DNA from: Candidatus Omnitrophota bacterium
Lineage (GTDB): Bacteria > Omnitrophota > Gorgyraeia > Zapsychrales > Fredricksoniimonadaceae
DNA length: 64,000 bases
Assembly: GCA_015232565.1 (NCBI GenBank)
Contig: JADFZK010000006.1
Span: 796-64,795 of the forward strand
Direction of reading: 5' to 3'
Shown here in pieces: positions 18,099 through 27,126 of this stretch. The translations under genes and the position numbers were made by a program. Every line of letters begins with the position of its first letter. Positions within the stretch are counted from its first letter, which is position 1. The notes under the pieces are model-generated. The model had not been told where the DNA came from, did no database searches, and worked only from the letters and a program-made list of their open reading frames with translations.

Positions 18099-18975
18099 CG
18101 GATTTACATTGTTAGAATTGGCGATCGTGCTGGCCGCTACCGCATTAATAGCCGGCGCAGTAGTGCCTTCATTTATAAAGTCAGCTTTTGTCGATGCCGC
18201 ACGGCGAGCCGCTTTGGAGGTGTCTCAGGTCCAGGAAGCCTCCCGGGCGTATTATGTAAAGAAGAAGGCCTGGCCGGTGGATATTGCGGCTTTAAAGATT
18301 GAAGGTTACCTTGATCCAGCCTGGAGTGGAATTAATCCTTTTGGTAAGCCATACATTCTGGAGCAATCGGGCGAAGTGATGCTGGTCAAGACCGAAGTGA
18401 AGAATGAGGTTGCCGGTGTTTTGCTGGGCACATTGCCTATGTCGGCTCTGAATGCGGGAAGTGTAGTTTCAGGCGTGACTGTTCCCGGTATTGATACGGC
18501 CAATTTACCGGTGGGGGCGGTTATGGCCTGGCCGGTAATGGATATTCCGGCAGGCTGGTTGGTTTGCGACGGCCGGCGGGTTGACCGGCGTGAACATGCC
18601 GAGTTGTTTGCTTTGCTGGGAGTGAATTATGGCGCGGGCGATGGTGCGACTACATTTAATATCCCGGACTTGAGGGGCCGGGCGGTGGTAGGGCTGGACA
18701 ATATGGGTGGTAGTGTGGCCAATGTCATTATGGGTTCCTGGGCCAGGAAGATCGGTGAGAAGTGGGGTGAAGAGACGCATGTTTTGACCACTATGGAAAT
18801 GCCTTCCCATACGCATCCGTATCTGGAAACTCCCTGGCAGGGCGGCCGTTACGATGGCCATTCTTCGCCAGTAATGACGGGTCAGCAATGGTCCACAACA
18901 TTTCCGGCCGGCGGCGGCAAGGCCCACAATAATATTCAACCGTCCATTGCTTTGAACTGGATCATTAAAGGATGA
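18085..18975 (+). CDS. prepilin N-terminus fused to a phage tail-collar (microcystin-dependent protein, MDP) domain
   Basis: Internal ATG 18085 gives MRRNDGFTLLELAIVLAA (canonical prepilin motif); the track ORF start at 17899 is an upstream extension. The C-terminus carries tail-collar motifs: PAGWLVCDGR, LFALLGVNYGAGDG, TTFNIPDLRGRAVVG, HTHPY, GGGKAHNNIQPS. Confidence 0.7.
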   Translation: MRRNDGFTLLELAIVLAATALIAGAVVPSFIKSAFVDAARRAALEVSQVQEASRAYYVKKKAWPVDIAALKIEGYLDPAWSGINPFGKPYILEQSGEVMLVKTEVKNEVAGVLLGTLPMSALNAGSVVSGVTVPGIDTANLPVGAVMAWPVMDIPAGWLVCDGRRVDRREHAELFALLGVNYGAGDGATTFNIPDLRGRAVVGLDNMGGSVANVIMGSWARKIGEKWGEETHVLTTMEMPSHTHPYLETPWQGGRYDGHSSPVMTGQQWSTTFPAGGGKAHNNIQPSIALNWIIKG

Positions 18976-19880
18976 AGCCGTTCAAGAATATTTCAGCCCT
19001 GATCTTATTGTTGGTAAGCAGTGCTTTTCCATTTGCCGCTCGGTCCGAAAGTTTGGCGGTACTGACCGGGAGGGCCGACTGGAATTGTGTGCGCTTGGAG
19101 CTTACCGGCCAGGCCTGCAGCCGGGTAGCCCCGCCCTATGCGGGCGTAATGATGCGTTATTGGCAACCGGTCTTAATGGTGGAAACGGTCAAGAGGCCGG
19201 GCGACACCGCGGTTAATGAATACCGTTCCTTGCTGGGAGAACCGTTAAAACAAATGGCGGCAACGGCCATGGGGGCGGGGAGCGCGAATATGGACAGCGG
19301 ATCGGGGTACTCGGCAGATACCACGGCGGTGCAAATGAGTGATGTGCATGTGATGGGGTTTCCGGCTTCCAGCATATTTTCGGCGATCATTGAACCGGTT
19401 TGCGAAGGCTCTCCCGAACTGTCGAGCTCAGTCAGTTATCTTAGTGAAAGAGATGCCGTGGAATGGCGGACGCTCAAGAATGAATCCCGGCATCCAATGT
19501 CTTTGCTGTCCGCGGCTATGGCTCCGATGTGCGAGGGCGGACAGATAACTACTCCGGGGATGTGCATTGGGGTTTGGGGGCCTTTGTATCCTCGAGGCGG
19601 TTTTATTGCCGGTTATAGCCCGGTTGTGGGTTCGGCGGCTTTGGCTTACCGGGGTGTGGATATAGCCTCGATCAACCCTTTATCGGTTTTTCATAGCCGG
19701 GTAATGCCTTTGCTTTTTGTTCCGGATCCTTTCTGGGACAGAATGCAGATGGTTTATCCGCAAGCTTCCCGGTGCCTGAAGATCGGGGAGGATCCCCGTA
19801 CCTGGGAACAGGATCGGGTTTCAGCAGACGGGAAATATGTATGGATATACTGGCGCAAAAAAGAATGCTGTGCGTTGTGA
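18972..19880 (+). CDS. Cys/Trp-rich secreted protein, possibly of the TraU family (F-type pilus assembly)
   Basis: Signal peptide MKPFKNISALILLLVSSAFPFAA; about 10 Cys and many Trp. The C-terminal motifs MCIGVWGPLYPRGG and YVWIYWRKKECC resemble my recollection of TraU-family conserved blocks. That assignment is from memory only. Confidence 0.5.
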   Translation: MKPFKNISALILLLVSSAFPFAARSESLAVLTGRADWNCVRLELTGQACSRVAPPYAGVMMRYWQPVLMVETVKRPGDTAVNEYRSLLGEPLKQMAATAMGAGSANMDSGSGYSADTTAVQMSDVHVMGFPASSIFSAIIEPVCEGSPELSSSVSYLSERDAVEWRTLKNESRHPMSLLSAAMAPMCEGGQITTPGMCIGVWGPLYPRGGFIAGYSPVVGSAALAYRGVDIASINPLSVFHSRVMPLLFVPDPFWDRMQMVYPQASRCLKIGEDPRTWEQDRVSADGKYVWIYWRKKECCAL

Positions 19881-20227
19881 TATTGGCGGGTCTGGGGCTG
19901 GCGGGCAACCTGGCGAGTGCCGATGACTCGGCAAGAAAATACGGCCTTTCGGCACTGGATTATTTTAGCCGGGTGAAGTTACAAGATGCAGGACGGGCGG
20001 AATTTTTGGCTGATGAACTGTGGGGTGAGGCAAGTCGTTTGCCGGGAGGATCAGTTGAGGTCCATTACCCGCCTGGCCCGGTATTGGATTTTTTACAAAC
20101 GCCCAATGCTGAAACCGGGCGGCGCTATTTACGCTGGAACGAGCTTCGGCTGGAGAAGATCCAAAAGGCCCAGGAAGTGTTGAACAAAATGATCGAGGAT
20201 CCACCTGGTGCGGCGGACGTTCATTAG
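19841..20227 (+). CDS. small secreted hypothetical protein
   Basis: An internal ATG gives MDILAQKRMLCVVILAGLGLAGNLASA, a signal peptide. The ORF overlaps the upstream gene's end. The start is uncertain; ATG 19865 is an alternative. Confidence 0.5.
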   Translation: MDILAQKRMLCVVILAGLGLAGNLASADDSARKYGLSALDYFSRVKLQDAGRAEFLADELWGEASRLPGGSVEVHYPPGPVLDFLQTPNAETGRRYLRWNELRLEKIQKAQEVLNKMIEDPPGAADVH

Positions 20228-20256
20228 AAACCATGATAAACCAGAAAGGTATTTTT

Positions 20257-20694
20257 ATGTTCAAACGATTAATGTTGGTTTTAATCTGTACGATCTTGTG
20301 CGCGTCGATAACCCGGGCCGAGGATGGTACGGACGAGCTGGTGCGGTTACGCCGGCAAGCCCAGGATGAACGCCGTAAAGAAGAACAGATCCAGATGATG
20401 CGGCTGGAACTGGAGAAGCTGAAGCTGGAGGTGGAGACTCGCAAGACCATGGTTGAAATGGGTATGGCCGGGGCGGTGTCTTCACCGAGCGGAGTAGCCA
20501 ATATCACCGTTGAAGTAAAGAATATAGTAGTCAGTCCGGAAGGCGCCAGCGCCGTACTGGAAGTTGGCGGCAGCAGGCAAATGGTTAAAGCGGGAGATGC
20601 GGCTGGCCCGTATACAGTCAAAAGCATCACTGCAAACGAAGTGGTTTTGGTTGATGCCAAGGGCGGGGAGCTGAGGAGCACTTTGCGTATATGA
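20257..20694 (+). CDS. secreted coiled-coil protein (PilP/GspC-like accessory?)
   Basis: MFKRLMLVLICTILCASITRA signal peptide, preceded by AGAAAGG. A charged coiled-coil segment followed by a beta-rich C-terminus. The track start is 20233. Confidence 0.5.
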   Translation: MFKRLMLVLICTILCASITRAEDGTDELVRLRRQAQDERRKEEQIQMMRLELEKLKLEVETRKTMVEMGMAGAVSSPSGVANITVEVKNIVVSPEGASAVLEVGGSRQMVKAGDAAGPYTVKSITANEVVLVDAKGGELRSTLRI

Positions 20695-22238
20695 GCCATT
20701 TACGCTTAGGAGGCCTGTTGTTGGCCGCGGATATCGTTACCCGGAGCGAAGTGGATTTTGCCGCCGCGATACAAGCGGCCAGTGTCCGATCCGACAAGAT
20801 CGGGGCTATTCTGGTGGATCAAGGTTTGCTAAGCCGCGACAGCCTGGCCCGCACCTTGGCCGAACAGGCGGGTTGGGAATTCTTTGGCGGCCAGTACCTG
20901 CCCGACCAGGAAGCGGCCGAGAAGATCGGCCTGGCTTTCATTAAAGAGCATTGGGTCTTCCCGTTAAAAGTCACCGAGGGCTATGGTTTTGTATTTTCCG
21001 ATGGCGATAATACCCGGGCTACCGACCGGTTGCTTGGTTGTTTTGGCAGTGCGGTGCGGTTCTTTGTGGGTGAGGAAGCTTGTATTAAAGACGCTATTGC
21101 CGCGCTGGAACGGCGCCCGGGCGGGGACATTGCCGGTGGACTGACGGATATTAAGCATTTACTGGATGAGGCGGCGGCTAACGGCGCCACCGACATTCAT
21201 ATTGAACCGGCTGATGCGACTGTAAATGTGCGTTTAAGGATCGATGGTGTTCTGCATTTTTATCGGGCCTATCCACGCACGGAACTGGCCAGAATAGTTA
21301 ATATGGCCTTTAATCGTGCGGGCCTAAGCGCCGGGGATGTCCTGCGGTTTCATGACGCTCGTTTCGAGGAAGAATGCGCCGGGCGCAAGCTGGATATCCG
21401 GCTTTCGCATTTGCCATCGGCCAATGGTTCATCGCTGGTCCTGCGGATTCTGGATAAATCCCGCAGCGCGGTACCGCTGGCCGAGCTGGGCTATTCGGAT
21501 CTGAATCAGCGCCAGCTGGTTAAGGCTATCCGACGGCCGCATGGGCTGGTACTTTTCACCGGACCGACGGGTTGCGGCAAGACTACCAGCCTGTATTCAC
21601 TTTTAAGCGGCTTAAAAGGGCTGGGTATAAAGGTGGTTACCGCGGAAGATCCGGTAGAGGTGCGGGTGCCTCTGGTGACCCAGGTCCCGGTTGACTTGCG
21701 GCGCGAACAGGATTTTCATCATATTACCCGGGCTTTATTAAGGCACGACCCCGATGTGGTACTGATCGGCGAGATCCGTGACGAGAAGACTGCCCGGGAA
21801 GCATTACGCGCGGCAGTGACCGGGCACCGGGTGCTGGCGACTTTGCACACCAATGATGTAATGGGCGCGATCTTGCGTTTGCGTGACCTGGGGATCGATC
21901 ATGCGTATATCAGTCATGCGTTGACTTGTATTGTGGCCCAAAGGCTGGTGCGGAAATTGTGCCCGGAATGTAAGGAATTCGCCGGCCCCGGTGAGGGGTT
22001 TGTCCATCACGAGCCGGGTTGTCCGGCGTGTTTAGGTGGTTATAGAGGCCGCACAGTTGCGGCCGAGGTAATGTATGTGGATGACGCTATGCGGTTTCTT
22101 ATCGAGCAGGGTCTTATCCAGGAGGTGGCAGTAAAATATCAACAGGATCCCGGCAGGCTAAGCATGCGGGCTGATGCCGAGCGCCTGGTACGGGAAGGCC
22201 TGGTAAGTAAACTGGAGATCGAAAGGGTATTCGGATGA
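20691..22238 (+). CDS. GspE/PilB-family secretion ATPase (set 1)
   Basis: T2SSE N-terminal domain, Walker A FTGPTGCGKTTSLYSLL, GEIRDEKTA, and a tetracysteine CPEC...CPAC motif. Confidence 0.9.
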   Translation: MSHLRLGGLLLAADIVTRSEVDFAAAIQAASVRSDKIGAILVDQGLLSRDSLARTLAEQAGWEFFGGQYLPDQEAAEKIGLAFIKEHWVFPLKVTEGYGFVFSDGDNTRATDRLLGCFGSAVRFFVGEEACIKDAIAALERRPGGDIAGGLTDIKHLLDEAAANGATDIHIEPADATVNVRLRIDGVLHFYRAYPRTELARIVNMAFNRAGLSAGDVLRFHDARFEEECAGRKLDIRLSHLPSANGSSLVLRILDKSRSAVPLAELGYSDLNQRQLVKAIRRPHGLVLFTGPTGCGKTTSLYSLLSGLKGLGIKVVTAEDPVEVRVPLVTQVPVDLRREQDFHHITRALLRHDPDVVLIGEIRDEKTAREALRAAVTGHRVLATLHTNDVMGAILRLRDLGIDHAYISHALTCIVAQRLVRKLCPECKEFAGPGEGFVHHEPGCPACLGGYRGRTVAAEVMYVDDAMRFLIEQGLIQEVAVKYQQDPGRLSMRADAERLVREGLVSKLEIERVFG

Positions 22239-23260
22239 ACGACCGCGCGCTGGCAATATTTTTCCGGGATATGGCTAATATGCTGATTTCAGGTATCGGC
22301 CTGGAACATTCATTAAGGACCTTAAGTGAAACGGCCATGCAGGAGGGGGCGCGTCGTATGTGCGCCGGGGCTTTGGCAAGATTACAGGGTGGTGTTTCCC
22401 TTTCTGACGCCCTCGCGGCTTCGGGGGTTCTGCCGCGGGAAGCCTTAATGTCAATATCTGCCGGTGAGACCGCCGGTGAGTTGCCCGACGTGTTCAATAT
22501 GTTAGGAAATTATTTTGAACTTAAAGCCGCAATGCGCCAAAAAGCGCTTTCAGCTCTGGGTTATCCGGTCCTGGTAATGGTCATTATGCTGGGAGTCTTG
22601 TTATATATGGTGGTTGAGGTCCTGCCTAAAGTGGCGGTGCTTTTGCCGTCCGGTGCTTTTGACTCTCCGGTGACCAGTGCACTGGTGGCGGCGGCCTGGT
22701 TCCTGAAGTCCTGGGGATTGTTGACCGGCGGTTTGCTGGCTTTGGGCGTGGGTGCGTTACTAATGCTGGCACGTTATAAAATGGCGGAATTGCGAATTAT
22801 GATCTCCCGGATCCCTTTTTTGAGTCAACTGGTAAAAGAACAGGAATTGGCTTTGGGTTTTTTTGCCTTGTTCGTTCTGCAGAAAAGCGGAGTAAACCTG
22901 GAAAGGGCTTTACGCGAGGCGGCAGAGGTGGCGGGGGGCGCGACCCGACAGCATTTGCGGGATTGTTCTGCTTATTTGGTCGGTGGGCTGGCACTATCCG
23001 AAGCGGTACGCCAGGACCGGTATTTTCCGCGCTTCACCGCCGATACTTTGCGTATCGGGGAGGAGTCCGGGCGTTTTGCGGAGTACTTTGAGCGTTTATT
23101 CCAGGTTTTTTACCGGATGTTCCAGTCCAGAATGAGCTGTTTGGCCGGAGCGGTGCGGCCGGTCATGCTGGCAGTCTGCGGCGCATTCATAGCGCTAATT
23201 GCCGTCGGTTTCTTACAGCCTTTGTATGGCAACCTTACGGGTATTGCCGCGCCGCAGTGA
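22235..23260 (+). CDS. GspF/PilC-family inner-membrane platform protein (set 1, short form)
   Basis: T2SSF-type repeats and TM segments; 4-nt overlap with the ATPase gene; 341 aa. Confidence 0.8.
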   Translation: MNDRALAIFFRDMANMLISGIGLEHSLRTLSETAMQEGARRMCAGALARLQGGVSLSDALAASGVLPREALMSISAGETAGELPDVFNMLGNYFELKAAMRQKALSALGYPVLVMVIMLGVLLYMVVEVLPKVAVLLPSGAFDSPVTSALVAAAWFLKSWGLLTGGLLALGVGALLMLARYKMAELRIMISRIPFLSQLVKEQELALGFFALFVLQKSGVNLERALREAAEVAGGATRQHLRDCSAYLVGGLALSEAVRQDRYFPRFTADTLRIGEESGRFAEYFERLFQVFYRMFQSRMSCLAGAVRPVMLAVCGAFIALIAVGFLQPLYGNLTGIAAPQ

Positions 23261-23264
23261 GCTA

Positions 23265-23606
23265 TTAACCGATAGCTTTCGGGCCTTCTTCACCGGTGCG
23301 GATGCGTACACAACGGGTGAGCTCGGTGACAAAAATTTTCCCGTCGCCGATCTTGCCGGTGCGTGCGCCTTTAACGATAGCATTGATGGTTTTGTCGACA
23401 AACTCCTCGTTTACCGCAACATCGATCCTGATCTTGCGCAGGAGGTTCCCGGTCTCTTTAACACCGCGATAAAATTCGGTTACTCCTAATTGCCGGCCGT
23501 GCCCCAGCGCTTCCGATACGGTCACCAGGTTGACTTCGGCCTTATAAAGCTCTTTCTTTACTTCTTCAAGGCGGTGAGGCTGAATAATGGCGGTAATGAG
23601 TTTCAT
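23265..23606 (-). CDS. glnK: nitrogen regulatory protein PII
   Basis: MKLITAIIQPHRLEEVK...TGKIGDGKIFVTELTRCVRIRTGEEG is a canonical PII sequence. The track ORF extends upstream from a TTG. My line-based count of the start codon differs from the track arithmetic by 1 nt, so the start is approximate. Confidence 0.85.
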   Translation of the reverse strand: MKLITAIIQPHRLEEVKKELYKAEVNLVTVSEALGHGRQLGVTEFYRGVKETGNLLRKIRIDVAVNEEFVDKTINAIVKGARTGKIGDGKIFVTELTRCVRIRTGEEGPKAIG

Positions 23607-23626
23607 AAACTTGGTCTCCTGATTTA

Positions 23627-24865
23627 TCAGTCCAGAATGGTATACGCGCGTTCGTGATGCTGGGTAAGGTCGAGGCCCATGATCTCGTCCTCGGGACGCA
23701 CCCGCATGCCTATTAGATAGTCGACCACAAAACAGATCAGGCTGGTGACCGCCGCACAGTAAACTACTGTAACGCAAGCCGCCAGTATCTGCACTTTAAA
23801 CTGGGCGGCGTTCCCCAAAAGCAGTCCGTTGGCGCCGGCCGGGTTTACTGCAGTGGTCGCGAATAAGCCGGTTGCGATCATGCCCCAGAATCCGCCTACG
23901 CCGTGCACTCCGAATGCGTCCAGCGAATCGTCATAGCCGAACTTTTGTTTCACTATACCGACCGCATAAAAACTTATCGCACCGGCCACCAGGCCAATAA
24001 AGATGGCGGTTAAGGGTTCCACAAAACCACAAGCCGGGGTAATGGCTACCAAACCGGCTATTACTCCGGAGATGGTCCCGAAGATGGTGGGTTTTCCGGT
24101 GGTCAGCCATTCAATTGCCGCCCAGCTTAAAGCCGCGGCCGCCGCCGAAACATTGGTGGTCAAAAACGCGTTGGCGGCTACGCCGTTAGCCGCGAGAGCC
24201 GAACCGGCGTTAAAACCCAGCCAGCCAAACCATAAAAGTCCGCCGCCCAGGACCACAAAAGGGATATTGTGCAAGGTTGGGCGTACCAGCCCAAGGCGGC
24301 GCCCCAGGAAGAGCGCGCTTATCAGCCCGGCTACACCGCAGTTGATCTCGACCACCGTCCCGCCGGCAAAATCCAGCAGGCCCATGTTTCTAAACCAGCC
24401 GCCGGCACCCCAGACCATGTGGCATATCGGCAGATACACAAAAGAGAACCATAAAACCATGAAGAAAAGAAATGCCGAGAATTTGATGCGTTCCACCAGT
24501 GACCCGATAATGACGGCGGGTGTTATTACCGCGAACATAGCCTGAAAGATCACAAAAGCAGTGTGCGGGATGGTCGGGCCATAATCCGGATAAGGGGCGA
24601 AACCCACGCCTTTTAATCCGGCCCATTGCAGTCCGCCGATAAAGCTGTTGCCTGGAGCAAAGGCCAGGCTGTAACCGTAGATAACCCATAAGAGCAGGAT
24701 GATCGACAGGCAGGCAAAGCATTTCATTAATATGGCCAGGATATTCTTGCGGCTGACCATGCCGCCGTAGAAAAAAGCCAAAGCCGGGGTCATCAGCATT
24801 ACCAGTCCGGCCGAAAGCAATACCCAGGCCGTATCACCGGAGTTAATAGTAGAAGCGCTGTTCAT
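23627..24865 (-). CDS. amtB: ammonium transporter
   Basis: Amt family TM pattern (DTAWVLLSAGLVMLMTPALAFFYGG...). Internal ATG at 24865 with an AAGGAG RBS; sits upstream of glnK. Confidence 0.9.
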   Translation of the reverse strand: MNSASTINSGDTAWVLLSAGLVMLMTPALAFFYGGMVSRKNILAILMKCFACLSIILLLWVIYGYSLAFAPGNSFIGGLQWAGLKGVGFAPYPDYGPTIPHTAFVIFQAMFAVITPAVIIGSLVERIKFSAFLFFMVLWFSFVYLPICHMVWGAGGWFRNMGLLDFAGGTVVEINCGVAGLISALFLGRRLGLVRPTLHNIPFVVLGGGLLWFGWLGFNAGSALAANGVAANAFLTTNVSAAAAALSWAAIEWLTTGKPTIFGTISGVIAGLVAITPACGFVEPLTAIFIGLVAGAISFYAVGIVKQKFGYDDSLDAFGVHGVGGFWGMIATGLFATTAVNPAGANGLLLGNAAQFKVQILAACVTVVYCAAVTSLICFVVDYLIGMRVRPEDEIMGLDLTQHHERAYTILD

Positions 24866-25111
24866 TCTTGTTCTCCTTGTTCTGTATCTGGTCAAAGAAA
24901 AAGCCCGACCATTCCAGGGCGCATAGGGGCGCATGGAAAAAATCGGGCTTCGTTGCCTTATAGTTATTTTGTACTTCGTTGTACCTTTGGGCGAACTTCA
25001 ATGTCCGCCAAAGTTTTCGAATCATAAAGAAAACCGGGGCGTTTGTCAAGCGGGTGGATAATTTATCCGGCTCTTGATTTTTTTATCGTCGAGTAGTAAA
25101 GTGTCGAACAT

Positions 25112-25975
25112 ATGAGGATCGTTAAAACCATTACAGGCTTGCGTAAAATATTGTCCCGCAACCCGGGCCCGGTGGGCTTTGTGCCGACGATGGGTTATTT
25201 TCACGAAGGACATCTGGCTTTAATGCGCCGGGCAAAAAAAGAAAATGCTTGTTGTGTGGCCAGTATCTTTGTTAATCCTTTACAATTCGGACCGTCGGAA
25301 GACCTGGACCTTTATCCCCGCGACCTTGAACGGGACCAGCGTTTGGCACGTTCCAGCGGGGTGGACATTCTTTTTGTGCCGGAGGTTTCCGAGATGTATC
25401 CCGCGGGAGAGCCGTTCTCTTTTGTGGACGTAAAGCATATTACGGACAGTTTGTGCGGCAGTGCGCGCCCGGGCCATTTTCGCGGAGTGGCCACGGTGGT
25501 GGCCAAGCTTTTGCATATCGTGCAACCCCGGGCCATGTATCTGGGCCAGAAAGACGCCCAGCAGGTGGCAGTGCTGACGCGGATGGTTCGCGAGTTATCT
25601 TTTCCGGTCAAAGTGGTGGTGTGCTCCACGGTCCGGGAGGCCGACGGGCTGGCCATGAGTTCGCGCAACTCGCGGTTGACTCCGTCGGAGCGTCTGCAGG
25701 CTCCGGCCTTGTACCAGGCCTTGAGCCGGGCGCGGGCTTTGTGCGCGGCCGGCGAGCGCGACGCGGCCAAAATTATTTTTAAAATAAAAAAGTTGCTTCT
25801 CGACGCAACGAGTGCTACCATCGAATATGTTGCTTGCGTGAACGTCGTGGACTTGCAGACGGTCCGACGGATAAATGGCGATGTGTTAATAGCCCTCGCG
25901 GTACGTTTCCCGTCCGCGCGGCTGATCGATAATACACTTATCAAGTATGCCGATGGAAAAAAAGCCGCCAAGTAA
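25112..25975 (+). CDS. panC: pantoate--beta-alanine ligase
   Basis: VPTMGYFHEGHLALMRRA HIGH-like motif and the PanC fold. Confidence 0.9.
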   Translation: MRIVKTITGLRKILSRNPGPVGFVPTMGYFHEGHLALMRRAKKENACCVASIFVNPLQFGPSEDLDLYPRDLERDQRLARSSGVDILFVPEVSEMYPAGEPFSFVDVKHITDSLCGSARPGHFRGVATVVAKLLHIVQPRAMYLGQKDAQQVAVLTRMVRELSFPVKVVVCSTVREADGLAMSSRNSRLTPSERLQAPALYQALSRARALCAAGERDAAKIIFKIKKLLLDATSATIEYVACVNVVDLQTVRRINGDVLIALAVRFPSARLIDNTLIKYADGKKAAK

Positions 25976-26783
25976 ATTGAGGTTAGGGGTCGCGGGTTGT
26001 GGTGCCGTCGGATCCCGTATTGCGTTAAGCCTGGCTAAAGAACTTAAAGGTTCTTTTGTGCTGACGGCGCTTTACGATATAGATACGGCCCGGTCGGCGG
26101 CCCTGGCCAAACGCTTGAGGCTGAGCGGACGGATAGTAAAACGTTCTATCCCTGAGCTGGTGGCGGGCTGTGATGTGGTCGCCGAGTGTGTTAATTCGGC
26201 GGATGCCGTGGATATCATTACCCTGGCTCTGAAGGCGCATAAAAAAATATTAGTCATGAGCGTTGGCAGGCTGTTCGGCAAGGACAGCCTTTTTTCTTTG
26301 GCGCGGCGGAACCGGGCTTTTCTGGTCTTACCGTCCGGCGCTATCGCCGGACTGGATGCTATTAAGGCCGCCCGTTTGGCCGGTCTGTTTTCGGTAACCC
26401 TTACTTCCCGTAAACCTACGGCCGGTTTTAAAGGCAATGCTTTTCTGGCCGCCGAGGGTGTGGTTCTGGACGACATTAAGTCGGACCAGGTGCTTTTTGA
26501 AGGCGGGGTCGGGGAGGCGGTCAAAAGATTTCCACAAAACATAAATGTAGCGGCCGCGTTGGCCCTGGCGGTGGACGGCACGCGGGTCAAGGTGCGTATC
26601 ATAGCTTCCCCGGCGCTGGACCGTAACACGCACGAGATCGTTTGTATAGGCAAAAGCGGCACGATTCGTACGGTTACCGAGAATGTGCCCTGCCCGGATA
26701 ATCCCAAGACCAGTTATCTGGCGGTGTTGTCCGGAATCCAGGCTTTAAAACAATTGTCCGATCAGGTAAGGATCGGAACATAG
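25947..26783 (+). CDS. aspartate dehydrogenase-domain protein (NadX-like)
   Basis: Rossmann GVAGCGAVGSRIA N-terminus and an Asp-DH-like C-terminal domain. Overlaps the panC end; start uncertain. Confidence 0.65.
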   Translation: MPMEKKPPSKLRLGVAGCGAVGSRIALSLAKELKGSFVLTALYDIDTARSAALAKRLRLSGRIVKRSIPELVAGCDVVAECVNSADAVDIITLALKAHKKILVMSVGRLFGKDSLFSLARRNRAFLVLPSGAIAGLDAIKAARLAGLFSVTLTSRKPTAGFKGNAFLAAEGVVLDDIKSDQVLFEGGVGEAVKRFPQNINVAAALALAVDGTRVKVRIIASPALDRNTHEIVCIGKSGTIRTVTENVPCPDNPKTSYLAVLSGIQALKQLSDQVRIGT

Positions 26784-26835
26784 ATCAAGGGGCCAGGGTG
26801 TAAACCTGTTCGGCTCCAGGAAAGGGGGTGACAAC

Positions 26836-27093
26836 ATGGCTAAGAAAGTGGCGAAAGTCGGAGTGAAAAAGGAGAAGGGTTTTCTTTATTTCATCGATAA
26901 GGACGGCGACGTCTCCTGCGCACAGATGGCCCGCGGCGACAAGAAGGGTGGTAAGACCAAGAAGGTTGCTAAGGTCGGTATCAAGAAAGAATCCGGTTTC
27001 CTCTATTTCATTGACAAGCAGGGGGATATCTCCAGCGCGGCAATGGTCAAGGGTGGAAAGAAGAAGAAGGCGGTCAAGAAGGGCAAGAAGTAA
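26836..27093 (+). CDS. Lys-rich mini-protein containing a tandem internal duplication (2 x ~37 aa: KKVAKVG[VI]KKE[KS]GFLYFIDK[DQ]GD[VI]S…)
   Basis: The two repeat units are clearly visible in the translation. A strong RBS (GGAAAGGGGGTGACAACATG) precedes it and a terminator hairpin follows. Confidence 0.5.
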   Translation: MAKKVAKVGVKKEKGFLYFIDKDGDVSCAQMARGDKKGGKTKKVAKVGIKKESGFLYFIDKQGDISSAAMVKGGKKKKAVKKGKK

Positions 27094-27126
27094 TATCCCG
27101 CTTATAGTTTTATGTGTATCAAGAGC

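Noticed and set aside
23604-23607. 1-nt discrepancy between my line-based position of the glnK start codon and the ORF-track frame
   Set aside because: This is most likely a counting slip on my part in one 60-nt line. The track translation reads the PII sequence continuously, so the track-derived coordinate (start at 23606) was used and marked approximate.
24866-25111. Hairpin (AAGCCCGA…TCGGGCTT) in the amtB/panC divergent intergenic region as a possible sigma54/NtcA-regulated leader
   Set aside because: I could not find a convincing GG-N10-GC sigma54 element or an NtcA palindrome. I left it unannotated.
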